Source of the DNA: a bacterium
Lineage (GTDB): Bacteria; UBA8248
NCBI GenBank assembly: GCA_963692865.2
Contig: OY843592.1
Coordinates: forward strand, 2,336,001 to 2,400,000
DNA: 64,000 bases
Direction of reading: 5' to 3'
The translations under genes and the position numbers were made by a program. Below, in pieces: positions 47,813 to 56,644 of this stretch; within the stretch, counting starts at the first letter, position 1, and every line of letters starts with the position of its first letter. The notes below the pieces were generated by a model. That model was not told the DNA's origin and made no database searches. It saw only the letters and a program-made list of their open reading frames with translations.

Positions 47813-49313
47813 ATTGCCGCTCGCAAGACTCGTACTGCCTTCGTTCTATCAGGACTCCGTGAAACTGATGCGCCTCGCGCGCGAGATCGGCAAGAAGAAG
47901 GGCGTCTCCGAGACGGCGGCGCTCATGGGCACGCCCGCGAACCGGGAGATCCTGCTTCAGGCGGGATTGGCCGAAGAAAACGAGGTCGAGGCCGGGCCGA
48001 ACGATCTGGTGCTGGCCGTGGAGGCGGATTCAGAGCAAACCGCGTGCGAAGCGATCGAGGAGGCGAAGGCCTTTCTCACGCAAGCGAGGGTCGCCGGCGG
48101 CGGGGCGAGTGATTTTTCGCCATCGAGCCTTGCGGGAGCGCTCGCCGCAGCGCCCGATACCAACCTCGCGATGATCTCCGTCCCCGGCGCCTACGCGGCG
48201 AAAGAGGCCATGGACGCCCTGCGGGACGGGCTTCACGTATTCCTGTTCAGCGATAACGTGGCCGTAGACGACGAGGCGGCGCTCAAGCGAGAGGCCATAG
48301 AGCGCGATTTGCTCCTGATGGGCCCCGACTGCGGAACGGCGTACATCGCGGGCGCCGGGCTCGGGTTCACCAACCTGGTGAAGCCGGGGAGGGTGGGCTG
48401 CATCGCCGCTTCGGGCACGGGTCTCCAGGCGGTGGCCGCACAACTTGATGCTCTGGGCGAGGGGATTTCGCATGGTATCGGCGTGGGCGGGCGCGATTTG
48501 TCCGCAGAAGTGGGCGGGCTGATGACGCTCCACGCGCTCGATTTCCTGTCTAATGATCCGGAAACGGAAATCGTGGTTCTCATATCCAAGCCGCCCGACG
48601 CTGAGGTGCTGCCTGGAATCGAAGAGGCGCTCGGAAACTTCTGTAAGCCGCACGTCGTGTGTTTTCTCGGCGCGGAAAATCCGGGATGGGCCGAGACGCT
48701 GGAAGATGCGGGCCACGCCGCGGCGGCGAGGCTAAAAGGCGAAACCTATCGCCCTGAAAATTTCTTCGCCCAGGCGGGACCGAGAGAGAAAATAGCCTCC
48801 CTGGAACTGAGCGGCGCGCTCGACGGCGCATGCGTTCTCGGGCTTTTCTCCGGCGGCACGCTCGCCCATGAGAGCCGCCTGATTCTCGAAAAATTGCTCG
48901 GCGAAGTTTCCTGGAACGAGGAGGCCGGCCGCCACCGGATTCTCGACCTCGGCGATGATCGTTACACGGTCGGCAAGCCTCATCCCATGATCGACCCCGA
49001 GTCCCGCGCGGAGATGCTCTCGCAGGCCGCGATGGATGGGAACTTGGGCGTCGTTTTGTTCGACGTGATATTAGGCAGGGGAAGTTCCCCGGACCCGGCG
49101 GGTCCTCTCGTGCGGGCCATAACAGAGGCGAAAGAGAAGGGGAGGAGTCCACACTTCATTGCCTCGGTCGTGGGTGCGGCGGACGATCCCCAGGGGCTGG
49201 AAGAGCAGGTGCGGATTCTGGAGGATGCCGGTGTGGTTGTTTGGCCCTCAAACGCGCAGGCGGCGCGCTTCGCTGCGGCGCTGGTGAAGCCGGAACTGCT
49301 TGAGGACGTGTGA
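47790..49313 (+). CDS. fdrA: FdrA-family acyl-CoA synthetase-like protein
   Basis: YQDSVKLM, MGTPAN, ISVPG, FSDNV, MGPDCGT, ASGTG, GVGGRDL, SGGTL, DLGDD.YT..PHPMIDP, SNAQAA. Confidence 0.93.
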   Translation: MLPEKKNKLPLARLVLPSFYQDSVKLMRLAREIGKKKGVSETAALMGTPANREILLQAGLAEENEVEAGPNDLVLAVEADSEQTACEAIEEAKAFLTQARVAGGGASDFSPSSLAGALAAAPDTNLAMISVPGAYAAKEAMDALRDGLHVFLFSDNVAVDDEAALKREAIERDLLLMGPDCGTAYIAGAGLGFTNLVKPGRVGCIAASGTGLQAVAAQLDALGEGISHGIGVGGRDLSAEVGGLMTLHALDFLSNDPETEIVVLISKPPDAEVLPGIEEALGNFCKPHVVCFLGAENPGWAETLEDAGHAAAARLKGETYRPENFFAQAGPREKIASLELSGALDGACVLGLFSGGTLAHESRLILEKLLGEVSWNEEAGRHRILDLGDDRYTVGKPHPMIDPESRAEMLSQAAMDGNLGVVLFDVILGRGSSPDPAGPLVRAITEAKEKGRSPHFIASVVGAADDPQGLEEQVRILEDAGVVVWPSNAQAARFAAALVKPELLEDV

Positions 49314-49316
49314 GCC

Positions 49317-49490
49317 ATGAAAGACTTGCGCCGGAAACCGCTTCGGGTCGTGAACCTGGGACTCGAGATATTCGCGGATGAGTTGAAAACCCAGAACGTG
49401 CCCGTGACGCACGTGCAATGGCGGCCGCCGGCGGGGGGAAAGCTTCATCTCCTCGAAATACTGGAGAAACTCGAAGAGCTCGATAGATGA
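49317..49490 (+). CDS. Stand-alone FdrA C-terminal domain peptide (not in ORF track)
   Basis: MKDLRRKPLRVVNLGLEIFADELKTQNVPVTHVQWRPPAGGKLHLLEILEKLEELDR matches the VINIG..F...V.W.P.AGG tail of FdrA. Confidence 0.85.
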   Translation: MKDLRRKPLRVVNLGLEIFADELKTQNVPVTHVQWRPPAGGKLHLLEILEKLEELDR

Positions 49491-49526
49491 ATCATGGCGA
49501 GCAATACATAAGCATGGGAGTGAAAA

Positions 49527-50891
49527 ATGAGTGAACCCTGGCGTTTGAGCCTTTCGGATGGATTGAGAAAAATCGATGAGGGCGGCTTGTCCGCGACTGA
49601 ATGGACGCGCTCCTTGCTGGAGCGGATAGACGCGCTGGAGGAAATACTTTTTGCGTGGGCGCACGTGGACGGGGAGGGCGCGCTCGCAAGCGCCAGAGCG
49701 GTCGATGAGCGCCTCGCTGAAGGAAATGAAAGTGGTTCACTCGGGGGCGTCTCCATCGGCTATAAGGACATCGTGGACGTCGCCGGTCTGCCGCGCGAGG
49801 CGAACTCTCCCCTGCTGAAAGGCGAGATGCCGGATGCGGACGCCACCGTCACGACGCGCCTCAAAAACGCGGGCGCGATTTGCCTCGGCAAGACGGTCAC
49901 CACGCAGTTCGCCACCTCCGATCCCTCGCAGACGCGAAATCCGTGGAACCTCAAACGAAGCCCCGGCGGTTCGAGCAGCGGCTCCGCGGCGGCCGTGGCC
50001 GTGGGTATGGTTCCGGCGGCGCTCGGAAGCCAGACGGGCGGCTCGACCCTGCGGCCTGCCGCGTTTTGCGGCGTGGTGGGCCTGAAACCCACCTATGGCC
50101 GGGTACCGAGAAGCGGGCTGATCTCGGTGTCGTGGAACCTGGACCATGTAGGCGTCATCACCAGGAATACCGAGGATGCGGCGCGCGTGCTCACGGCCGT
50201 CTCGGGTGCGGATGGAATCGACGCCCAGGCGCCCGACGTCGCCGTGCCCGATTACGCCGAGGCCTCAGCACCGTTGAGGCCGGAGCGGGCGTTCTTCTGG
50301 AAAGAGGATCTCCTCCCGCACGCGAGCGAAGAGGTGGCCGGGCGCATCGAGGGGTGCGTGGAGAGCCTGAGGGCCAAGGGCGTGGACGTTCAGGAAGCGA
50401 GGCTGCCCGTGGACGTGGACGAGATGCACGCGGCGCACCGCATCATCATGCGCGTGGAGGCGGCCGCCTACCACGAGGAGATGTTCCTGGAGAATCAGGA
50501 CGCCTATGCTCCCCATATCCGGAAAAACATCTCCACGGGCCTCATGACGCCGGCGGTTCACTACGTGAACGCCCTGCGATTCCGCGCGCGCTTCATTCAG
50601 CGGATGGAGGATTACTTCCGGGGCATCGACCTCGTCATCCTGCCCTCCCACGTGGAGCGTCCCCCCGTCGCCGAGGAATCCACCGGAAACGCCCTGTTCA
50701 ACGAACCCTTCACGCAAATCGGATTCCCAGCCATCTCTCTTCCGGTAGGCCGGGGGGATGAGAATCTGCCCATCGGGATTCAACTGGGCGGACGCCGCTT
50801 CGGGGAGGCCGCGCTTCTCTGCGCCGCCCGCTGGTGCGAGGCGGAACTGGGCTGGGTCGCGGAGTTTCCCGACGTCGTCAGGGGTTGCTGA
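49527..50891 (+). CDS. Amidase signature family enzyme
   Basis: YKD, PGGSSSGSAAAVA, GSQTGGSTLRPAAFCG. Confidence 0.95.
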   Translation: MSEPWRLSLSDGLRKIDEGGLSATEWTRSLLERIDALEEILFAWAHVDGEGALASARAVDERLAEGNESGSLGGVSIGYKDIVDVAGLPREANSPLLKGEMPDADATVTTRLKNAGAICLGKTVTTQFATSDPSQTRNPWNLKRSPGGSSSGSAAAVAVGMVPAALGSQTGGSTLRPAAFCGVVGLKPTYGRVPRSGLISVSWNLDHVGVITRNTEDAARVLTAVSGADGIDAQAPDVAVPDYAEASAPLRPERAFFWKEDLLPHASEEVAGRIEGCVESLRAKGVDVQEARLPVDVDEMHAAHRIIMRVEAAAYHEEMFLENQDAYAPHIRKNISTGLMTPAVHYVNALRFRARFIQRMEDYFRGIDLVILPSHVERPPVAEESTGNALFNEPFTQIGFPAISLPVGRGDENLPIGIQLGGRRFGEAALLCAARWCEAELGWVAEFPDVVRGC

Positions 50892-51231
50892 AAAAGCCTC
50901 GCTTCGCTTGGGATTGACCTCCGCCTTTGCTCGTTATTCCGGCGAAAGCCGGAATCCATTTTGACTTTGCCTTTGGCCCTTCGCCCGGACGTCCTCGCTC
51001 CCGGTCGGAGAAGATACGGACGCCGCCATATAATCGACCTCATCCGTTTCGGACTCGGGAGTGGCGCGCCCTCCCGCGAGTCGGAATCAAACGCGAAAAC
51101 GAAAGCAAAAATCATAAAATGGATTCCGGCTTTCGCCGGAATGACGGTGGTTTTCCCGCATCGAGGGGGTTTTTCAACAACCTTGGGGAGGGAGCGTTCA
51201 CTACCCTTGACGGGACTTTTTCAACAACCCC
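50881..51231. mobile_element. TIR-bounded element with CGTC-type REP doublet
   Basis: GGGGTTGCTGAAAAA (50881); right ends TTTTTCAACAACC (51170) and TTTTTCAACAACCCC (51217); REPs at 50932-50957 and 51121-51146. Confidence 0.75.
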
Positions 51232-51445
51232 TCGTAAGGAGGGATTGGCGCCGTTCAAGGCATACGATCGCTTGGGTTTGATTTCTGAGCCGAGGCTGTG
51301 AGGTTTCTTGCTTTTTCCCCTGCGGTATGGTTTAAGATTTCGTCTTACGGGTATTTTAATTCAAGGGGTGATTGCGGGGACGAGAAGGCGGGACTATTCC
51401 ATTTATTATCCCTCCAACGCCTCTGCCGATGGTGAACCGGGTTTT

Positions 51446-51934
51446 ATGTTCAAAACGACGAAAATCGGGCACGTTGGATTCTGGACCAAAGACCTGGGCC
51501 GGATGGAGGATTTCTACACCCGCGTACTGGGCTTCAAGGTGACGAGCAGGAGCGGTCCGGGCGCGAAGGTGCCGGGTGGAGCTTCCGTCTTTTTGAGATG
51601 CGACGTCACCCATCATGAGGTCGTCTTCTTTCAGTCTCCGGAAGCTGCCTCGGGGCTGTATCCCGAATCAGGCAATTCCATGGCGGAGGCCAAGCCGGGG
51701 TTTCAGCACGTGGCTTTCGAGCTTCCGAACCGGGGAGAGTGGCTCAAGGCGCTTCGGCACGTGAAAGAGTGCGGCGTCAGGATCGAATACGGGCCCCTGG
51801 TTCACGGCCCGGAGGGAGACGGTTTCGAGGGGGGCAGCGGCAACCGCGCCTTTTATTTCTGCGACCCGGACGGCAACTACATCGAGCTTTATTGCGACAT
51901 CGACACGTTTCGTGAAGATGAGGAGAGTTCCTGA
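51446..51934 (+). CDS. VOC (glyoxalase/extradiol dioxygenase) family protein
   Basis: IGHVG, FYTRVLGF, QHVAF, YFCDPDGNYIELY. Confidence 0.92.
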   Translation: MFKTTKIGHVGFWTKDLGRMEDFYTRVLGFKVTSRSGPGAKVPGGASVFLRCDVTHHEVVFFQSPEAASGLYPESGNSMAEAKPGFQHVAFELPNRGEWLKALRHVKECGVRIEYGPLVHGPEGDGFEGGSGNRAFYFCDPDGNYIELYCDIDTFREDEESS

Positions 51935-52010
51935 TTCTCGTGTTTCAGCAAGCGCTTCGGGAATCGTTTTATTTCGTGGCATCACACCATTCACCAAGGA
52001 GGAGAAACAG

Positions 52011-52991
52011 ATGAAGTACCTGAAAAACGCTGCGGTTGCAGCAGTCGCGTTCACGCTGGCGGTCGGCCTGTCGTTCTCGAGCGCCGAAGCCGCCCGCATC
52101 AAGACCTCGGTCGCCGGCGCTGCGCCGGGCGCCGCCGCCTACGTGATCTGGGGCGGTCTCGCGGCTTTGGTGTCCAAGGAATCGAAGACCGTCGAGATGA
52201 GCAACCTCACCACGCGCGGCGCGGTGGAAGACATCCGGCTGGTCGAAAACGGCAAAGCCGAGTTCGCCCTGGGCGTGGCCACGCTCGTGCAGTTGGCGAT
52301 CAAGGGCAAGAAGATGTTCAAAAAGCCCTACAAGAACCAGTGCGGCCTGGGACCCGGCACGGTCTCGCAGTTCCACATCGCCGTGCGGAAGGACTCGGGC
52401 ATGAAGAAAGTCGCCGACCTGAACGGCAAGCGCGTCAGTTTCGCTCGCCGGGGCAGCAGCACGCACTTCATGACGCGCACCATCGTCGGGCTCGCCGGCA
52501 TCAAGGTGCGCGAGGAGAACCTGAACTGGAACGTGGCGGCGGACGCCATCAAGGACGGTCGTCTCGACGCCTTCACCATCCCGAACCCCGTGCCCTCGCC
52601 AGCGGTTCTCAAGCTGGCGACCTCGCTGCCCATCACCCTCCTTCCGGTGGACGGGAAAGTGGGCGACGGCCTCCTCAAGTCGAACGCGGCCTATTTCAAG
52701 ACCGATATCATCAAGGGCGCTTACAACGGCGTCGACAAGCCGGTGCCCACCATCGGCTACGCCGCGTGGACCATCGTGGGATGCAACGTGCCCAACGACG
52801 TGGTGTATGAAGTGGCGCGCATCAACTTCTCGAAGAAGGGCCGCGAGTTCCTGCTGAAAGTGCACAAGGGCTGGGCTTCGGGCTTCGCCATGGCTCCGGG
52901 TCTGGACCAGATGGCCGCCATCGGCATGAAGGTGCATCCGGGCGCGGCGCGGTACTGGAAAGAAGTCGGCTACAAATTGCCGATGAAATAG
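52011..52991 (+). CDS. TAXI-family TRAP transporter solute-binding protein
   Basis: SD AAGGAGGAG; signal peptide AEA; TTRGAVED, ADLNGKRVS..GS, HPGAARYWKE. Confidence 0.93.
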   Translation: MKYLKNAAVAAVAFTLAVGLSFSSAEAARIKTSVAGAAPGAAAYVIWGGLAALVSKESKTVEMSNLTTRGAVEDIRLVENGKAEFALGVATLVQLAIKGKKMFKKPYKNQCGLGPGTVSQFHIAVRKDSGMKKVADLNGKRVSFARRGSSTHFMTRTIVGLAGIKVREENLNWNVAADAIKDGRLDAFTIPNPVPSPAVLKLATSLPITLLPVDGKVGDGLLKSNAAYFKTDIIKGAYNGVDKPVPTIGYAAWTIVGCNVPNDVVYEVARINFSKKGREFLLKVHKGWASGFAMAPGLDQMAAIGMKVHPGAARYWKEVGYKLPMK

Positions 52992-53009
52992 AAGTCTCAC
53001 GCATTCTTG

Positions 53010-53038
53010 CCGGCCGGGGGAGGCGCTCCCCCGGCCGG
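53010..53038 (+). other. Intercistronic stem-loop between binding protein and permease genes
   Basis: CCGGCCGGGGGAG-GCG-CTCCCCCGGCCGG, perfect 13-bp stem with no U-tract. Confidence 0.7.
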
Positions 53039-53114
53039 TATGTTCAAGCGAAGTATCCGTTCTTGTTGAGGATGCTTCGTCGGAAATGTGGTACTTCCCT
53101 CGGGGGAACATATA

Positions 53115-55238
53115 TTGAGTTTTCGCAGCGTCTTGGAAAAAATCGGCAGCTTCCTCGGGGCGGGGCTCGCCACGACGAGGACGCTGAGGGGCCATTCCCT
53201 CTGGGCGGTGCGCGTGGTGGGTTTCATATTCGCGGCATATTTTCTCTTCGGCGCGGTGAACGGGAGTTTTACGGTCTTCGGTCCCAGAAGCCTGAAGCTG
53301 GTGCAACTCGAGTTCCCCTACATCCCGTATTACGGGGAACAGTTCTCCCTGCCCATTTTCATCTGCTTTACGTCCGTTCTCACTTTTCTGCTCTACCCCT
53401 GCAGAGAGAATTCGCCTCAAGACAGGCCCTCTGGTTTCGACTTGCTCTGGTGCGTCTTGAGCTTCGTCGTGATGTGCGAGTTCATGTATTTTTACGATGA
53501 CCGCGGCGCCCGGGCGGGCATCGTGGAATGGAACGACGTGGTGTTCGGCTTCGCCGCCGCATGCCTCGTCTGGGAGACATGCCGCCGCGTGCTCGGCCTG
53601 GTTTTGCCGATAGTCGCCATCGTATTCCTGTTCTACGACTGGGCGGGACCGATCTTCCCCGGTCTGCTCTCGCACAAGGGCGCGGAATTCGGCTACGTGA
53701 TGGGCTATCTCTACAGCCAGTCGGGTATCTACGGGGTCATCACCCGCGTCTACGCGCAGGTGGTGTTCATCTTCCTGATCTTCGGCGCGCTGCTCCAAGC
53801 CACGAGGGTGGGGGACGTGTTCGTCGACCTCGCCTTCGCGCTCGTGGGCCGCTTCAAGGGCGGTGCGGCGAAGGCGTCCGTGGTGTCGAGCGGCCTCGTC
53901 GGATCCATCGTGGGCAGCGGGGCGGCGAACATCGTCATCACCGGAACCTTCACCATCCCCCTCATGAAGCGCGCGGGTTTCCGGGCGACCTACGCCGCGG
54001 CGACCGAGGCGGTGGCCAGCATCGGCGGCCACCTGATGCCGCCCATCATGGCGTCGGCCGCCTTCATCCTCGCGGCGATGACCGAGACGCCCTACTACAA
54101 GGTCGCGCTCGTGAGCCTCGTGCCGGCGCTTCTGTATTATCTTTCCGTCTTCATGTCGGTTCATTACTATGCGAGCAAGAACAACCTGCAAGGCCTCTCG
54201 AAAGAAGAGTTGCCCGATTTCTGGGGCGTGCTGAAAAAAGACGGGATACTCCTCATCCCCATCGTACTGCTCATCATGCTCCTCATCCTGCAGTTCTCGC
54301 CGTTTTTCGCGGGTTTCTGGGCCATCGTCGCCGCCATCGTGGTGAGCACGATAAAGCAGAAGTGCTGGTATCTGTTGGGATTGCAGGCGGCCGTTTTCGT
54401 CGCCAGCATCCTCTACGGCGGCGACGCGGTGTACCTCTACGTGCTGCTCGGTTGCTTCCTAGCATGGCGGCATCAGGAGGCGCGGCGCATCATGTCCGAG
54501 ATCGGCGATGCGTTCGTTACGGGTTCCGTCAATTCACTGGTCATCGGCGCGACGGCGGGCGTCATGGGCCTTGTGCTCACCGGCGTCACGCATCCCGATC
54601 TGGCCCAAAAGATGACGGCCATCATCCTTTCGTACTCGCACAACATACTCTGGCTGGCGGTGGCCCTGGTGGCGCTCGCGAGCTATATCCTCGGCATGGG
54701 GATGACGATCACGGCGAGCTACATCCTCATCGCCATCCTGGCCGGGCCCGCGCTCATGGACTTCGGCCTCTCGATGTTCACCGCGCACATGATCATCCTC
54801 TGGCTGAGTCAGGACGCGGCCCTCACGCCGCCCTTCGCCCTGGGCGCGTTCGTGGCGGCCGGCGTCGCGCAGTGCGACCCCATGCGGACGGGCTTCATAT
54901 CGCTCAAGCTGGCGAAGCCGCTCTACGTCGTGCCGCTCCTGATGGCCTACACGCCGATACTGATCAACGGACCCTGGGATCAGGTCATCCTGGTCTGGGT
55001 GAGTGCGGCCCTGGGCTTCATCTGCACCTCGGCGGCCCTGGAAGGCTATTTCCTGCGCATCCTGACGACGTTCGACCGCTGCCTGATGGGCGCGGCGGGA
55101 GTGGCCCTGTTCTGGAACGGCATGTGGTACAAGACGACGGGGCTTTCGTTGATGATCGTATCGATTGTCATGCAACTGATGCGGCCGAAGGATTTCGCAA
55201 CCCCGGCGCCCGTGGAGGCGGAATCTACCGAGGGCTAG
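53115..55238 (+). CDS. TRAP transporter fused 4TM/12TM permease
   Basis: GGAAKASVVSS, AANIVITGTFTIPLMKRAGF, EAVASIGG.LMPPIM, LGMGM, LTPP; start uncertain (53088 GTG or 53115 TTG). Confidence 0.95.
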   Translation: MSFRSVLEKIGSFLGAGLATTRTLRGHSLWAVRVVGFIFAAYFLFGAVNGSFTVFGPRSLKLVQLEFPYIPYYGEQFSLPIFICFTSVLTFLLYPCRENSPQDRPSGFDLLWCVLSFVVMCEFMYFYDDRGARAGIVEWNDVVFGFAAACLVWETCRRVLGLVLPIVAIVFLFYDWAGPIFPGLLSHKGAEFGYVMGYLYSQSGIYGVITRVYAQVVFIFLIFGALLQATRVGDVFVDLAFALVGRFKGGAAKASVVSSGLVGSIVGSGAANIVITGTFTIPLMKRAGFRATYAAATEAVASIGGHLMPPIMASAAFILAAMTETPYYKVALVSLVPALLYYLSVFMSVHYYASKNNLQGLSKEELPDFWGVLKKDGILLIPIVLLIMLLILQFSPFFAGFWAIVAAIVVSTIKQKCWYLLGLQAAVFVASILYGGDAVYLYVLLGCFLAWRHQEARRIMSEIGDAFVTGSVNSLVIGATAGVMGLVLTGVTHPDLAQKMTAIILSYSHNILWLAVALVALASYILGMGMTITASYILIAILAGPALMDFGLSMFTAHMIILWLSQDAALTPPFALGAFVAAGVAQCDPMRTGFISLKLAKPLYVVPLLMAYTPILINGPWDQVILVWVSAALGFICTSAALEGYFLRILTTFDRCLMGAAGVALFWNGMWYKTTGLSLMIVSIVMQLMRPKDFATPAPVEAESTEG

Positions 55239-55243
55239 GGCTT

Positions 55244-55690
55244 GGGTTGTTGGAAAAATCTTCCTGAAGAGAGGGGTGGTTTCTAAAGACAATGGTTTTG
55301 TAGGTGACAACCCCTCCTCGGGGTTGTCCCACGCATAGTATGCGGCCCGCATGCCACGAACCGGGAGGGTCGCATGTATGCGACCCCAACACGCAAACAA
55401 ATTTTCCCTTTCCTCGAGCAACGAGCCGCTTCACCCTGAGTAAAGACGAAACTCGCGCCTGTGGGGTCAAACGCGAGCGAGGAGCGGTTGTTGAAAACTC
55501 TTCTTTGGCCGGGATTGCGATTGTAGGGACAACCCTCCGTGGTTGTCCTTTTGCAGGACGGCGACAATGAGGACAGGCACGGAGGCCTGTCCCTACAAAA
55601 CCATCGCGCCCTCGCGCGCCACCTCTTCACCGTCGCGTGATTCCCATACCATCCGCGTTCGAAACGAGATTTTCCAACACCCCCCCCTCA
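55244..55690. mobile_element. Nested TIR/REP mosaic
   Basis: GGGTTGTTGGAAAAATCTTCCTG (55244), GGTTGTTGAAAACTC (55486), TTTTCCAACACCCC (55670); GTAG doublet 55523-55596. Confidence 0.7.
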
Positions 55691-55715
55691 TGTCGCCCGA
55701 GAAAATCTTTACCGG

Positions 55716-56465
55716 CTAAGCCAGGAAGAACCCCCCGTTCACGTCGATGGTCACGCCGGTGACGTGGCGCGCGTCCTCGGATGCGAGGAAGGCGACGACG
55801 CCCGCGATGTCCTCGGGACTGCCGATGCGCCCCAGGGGCGTGGCGGTTTCGGTTCTCTGCCTTTGCGCGTCGCTCATTTGTTCGAGGATGCGATCGGTGC
55901 CGATGACGCCCGGCGCGATCGCGTTCACGTTGATGTTGTGGGGGCCGAACTCGCGTGCCAGGTGACGCGTCAGGCCGATGACGGCGGCCTTTGCGCTCGA
56001 ATAGTGCGGTCCCTGGAGCACGCTTGCAGAGCGGCCCGCGACGGAGGAGAAATTGACGATCTTGCCGCTCCCTCGCTCCTGCATGTGGGGCAGCACCGAC
56101 CAGCAGGCGCGATACGTCGTTTTCACGTTCATGTCGAACATCTTGTCGAAGGCCTCCTCGTCGATTTCCAGCGCCGATCGGGGAAGGCCCGCGCCGACGC
56201 AGTTGACGAGACCGTCGATGGGTCCGTGCGTTGAAATGCTCTCCTGAAAGACTTTCTTCACGTCTTCTGAATCCAGTGCGTCGTAGGCCACTGCGCTTGC
56301 GCGGCCGACGCCGCTTTCCTTGACAAGACTAGCGGTATCTTCGCGTGATTCGGCGATGTCCATGCAGACGACGTGCGCGCCCTCGCGCGCGAGCCTGAGC
56401 GCGCTCGCCCGTCCGATGCCTCCGCCCGCGCCCGTGATGATGATGGTCTTGCTCTCGAAACGCAT
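55716..56465 (-). CDS. SDR family oxidoreductase (FabG-like)
   Basis: ITGAGGGIG, YSSAK, VNAIAPG, DVNGG. Confidence 0.94.
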   Translation of the reverse strand: MRFESKTIIITGAGGGIGRASALRLAREGAHVVCMDIAESREDTASLVKESGVGRASAVAYDALDSEDVKKVFQESISTHGPIDGLVNCVGAGLPRSALEIDEEAFDKMFDMNVKTTYRACWSVLPHMQERGSGKIVNFSSVAGRSASVLQGPHYSSAKAAVIGLTRHLAREFGPHNINVNAIAPGVIGTDRILEQMSDAQRQRTETATPLGRIGSPEDIAGVVAFLASEDARHVTGVTIDVNGGFFLA

Positions 56466-56644
56466 GTGCTTCCTCCCTTGGATGATGGCGCATCCTAGCC
56501 CAGGTCGGAAAAAATGTCGCCCAGGACTGGAGCGCTTCTCAGGGCGAGTATAAGGTGGTAGTTTGAAGGTTCAGCGCAAACATAAGTAACCACCAGAAAG
56601 AGAGGTGAGCAATGGGGTATCAAGAAGACGAAGGATAAGGTGAA

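Noticed and set aside
49311-49313. FdrA TGA as a third selenocysteine
   Set aside because: It falls in an interdomain linker, not a known Cys position; no clear SECIS-like hairpin follows and the downstream ORF has its own start.
14004-51301. Short intergenic ORFs containing VIPAKAGI / WIPAFAGMT / VGTGPRACP peptides
   Set aside because: These are translations of the REP palindromes; none lies inside a real gene here.
11955-55690. Repeat clusters as possible CRISPR arrays
   Set aside because: Repeats are inverted, heterogeneous and irregularly spaced, and no cas genes are present.
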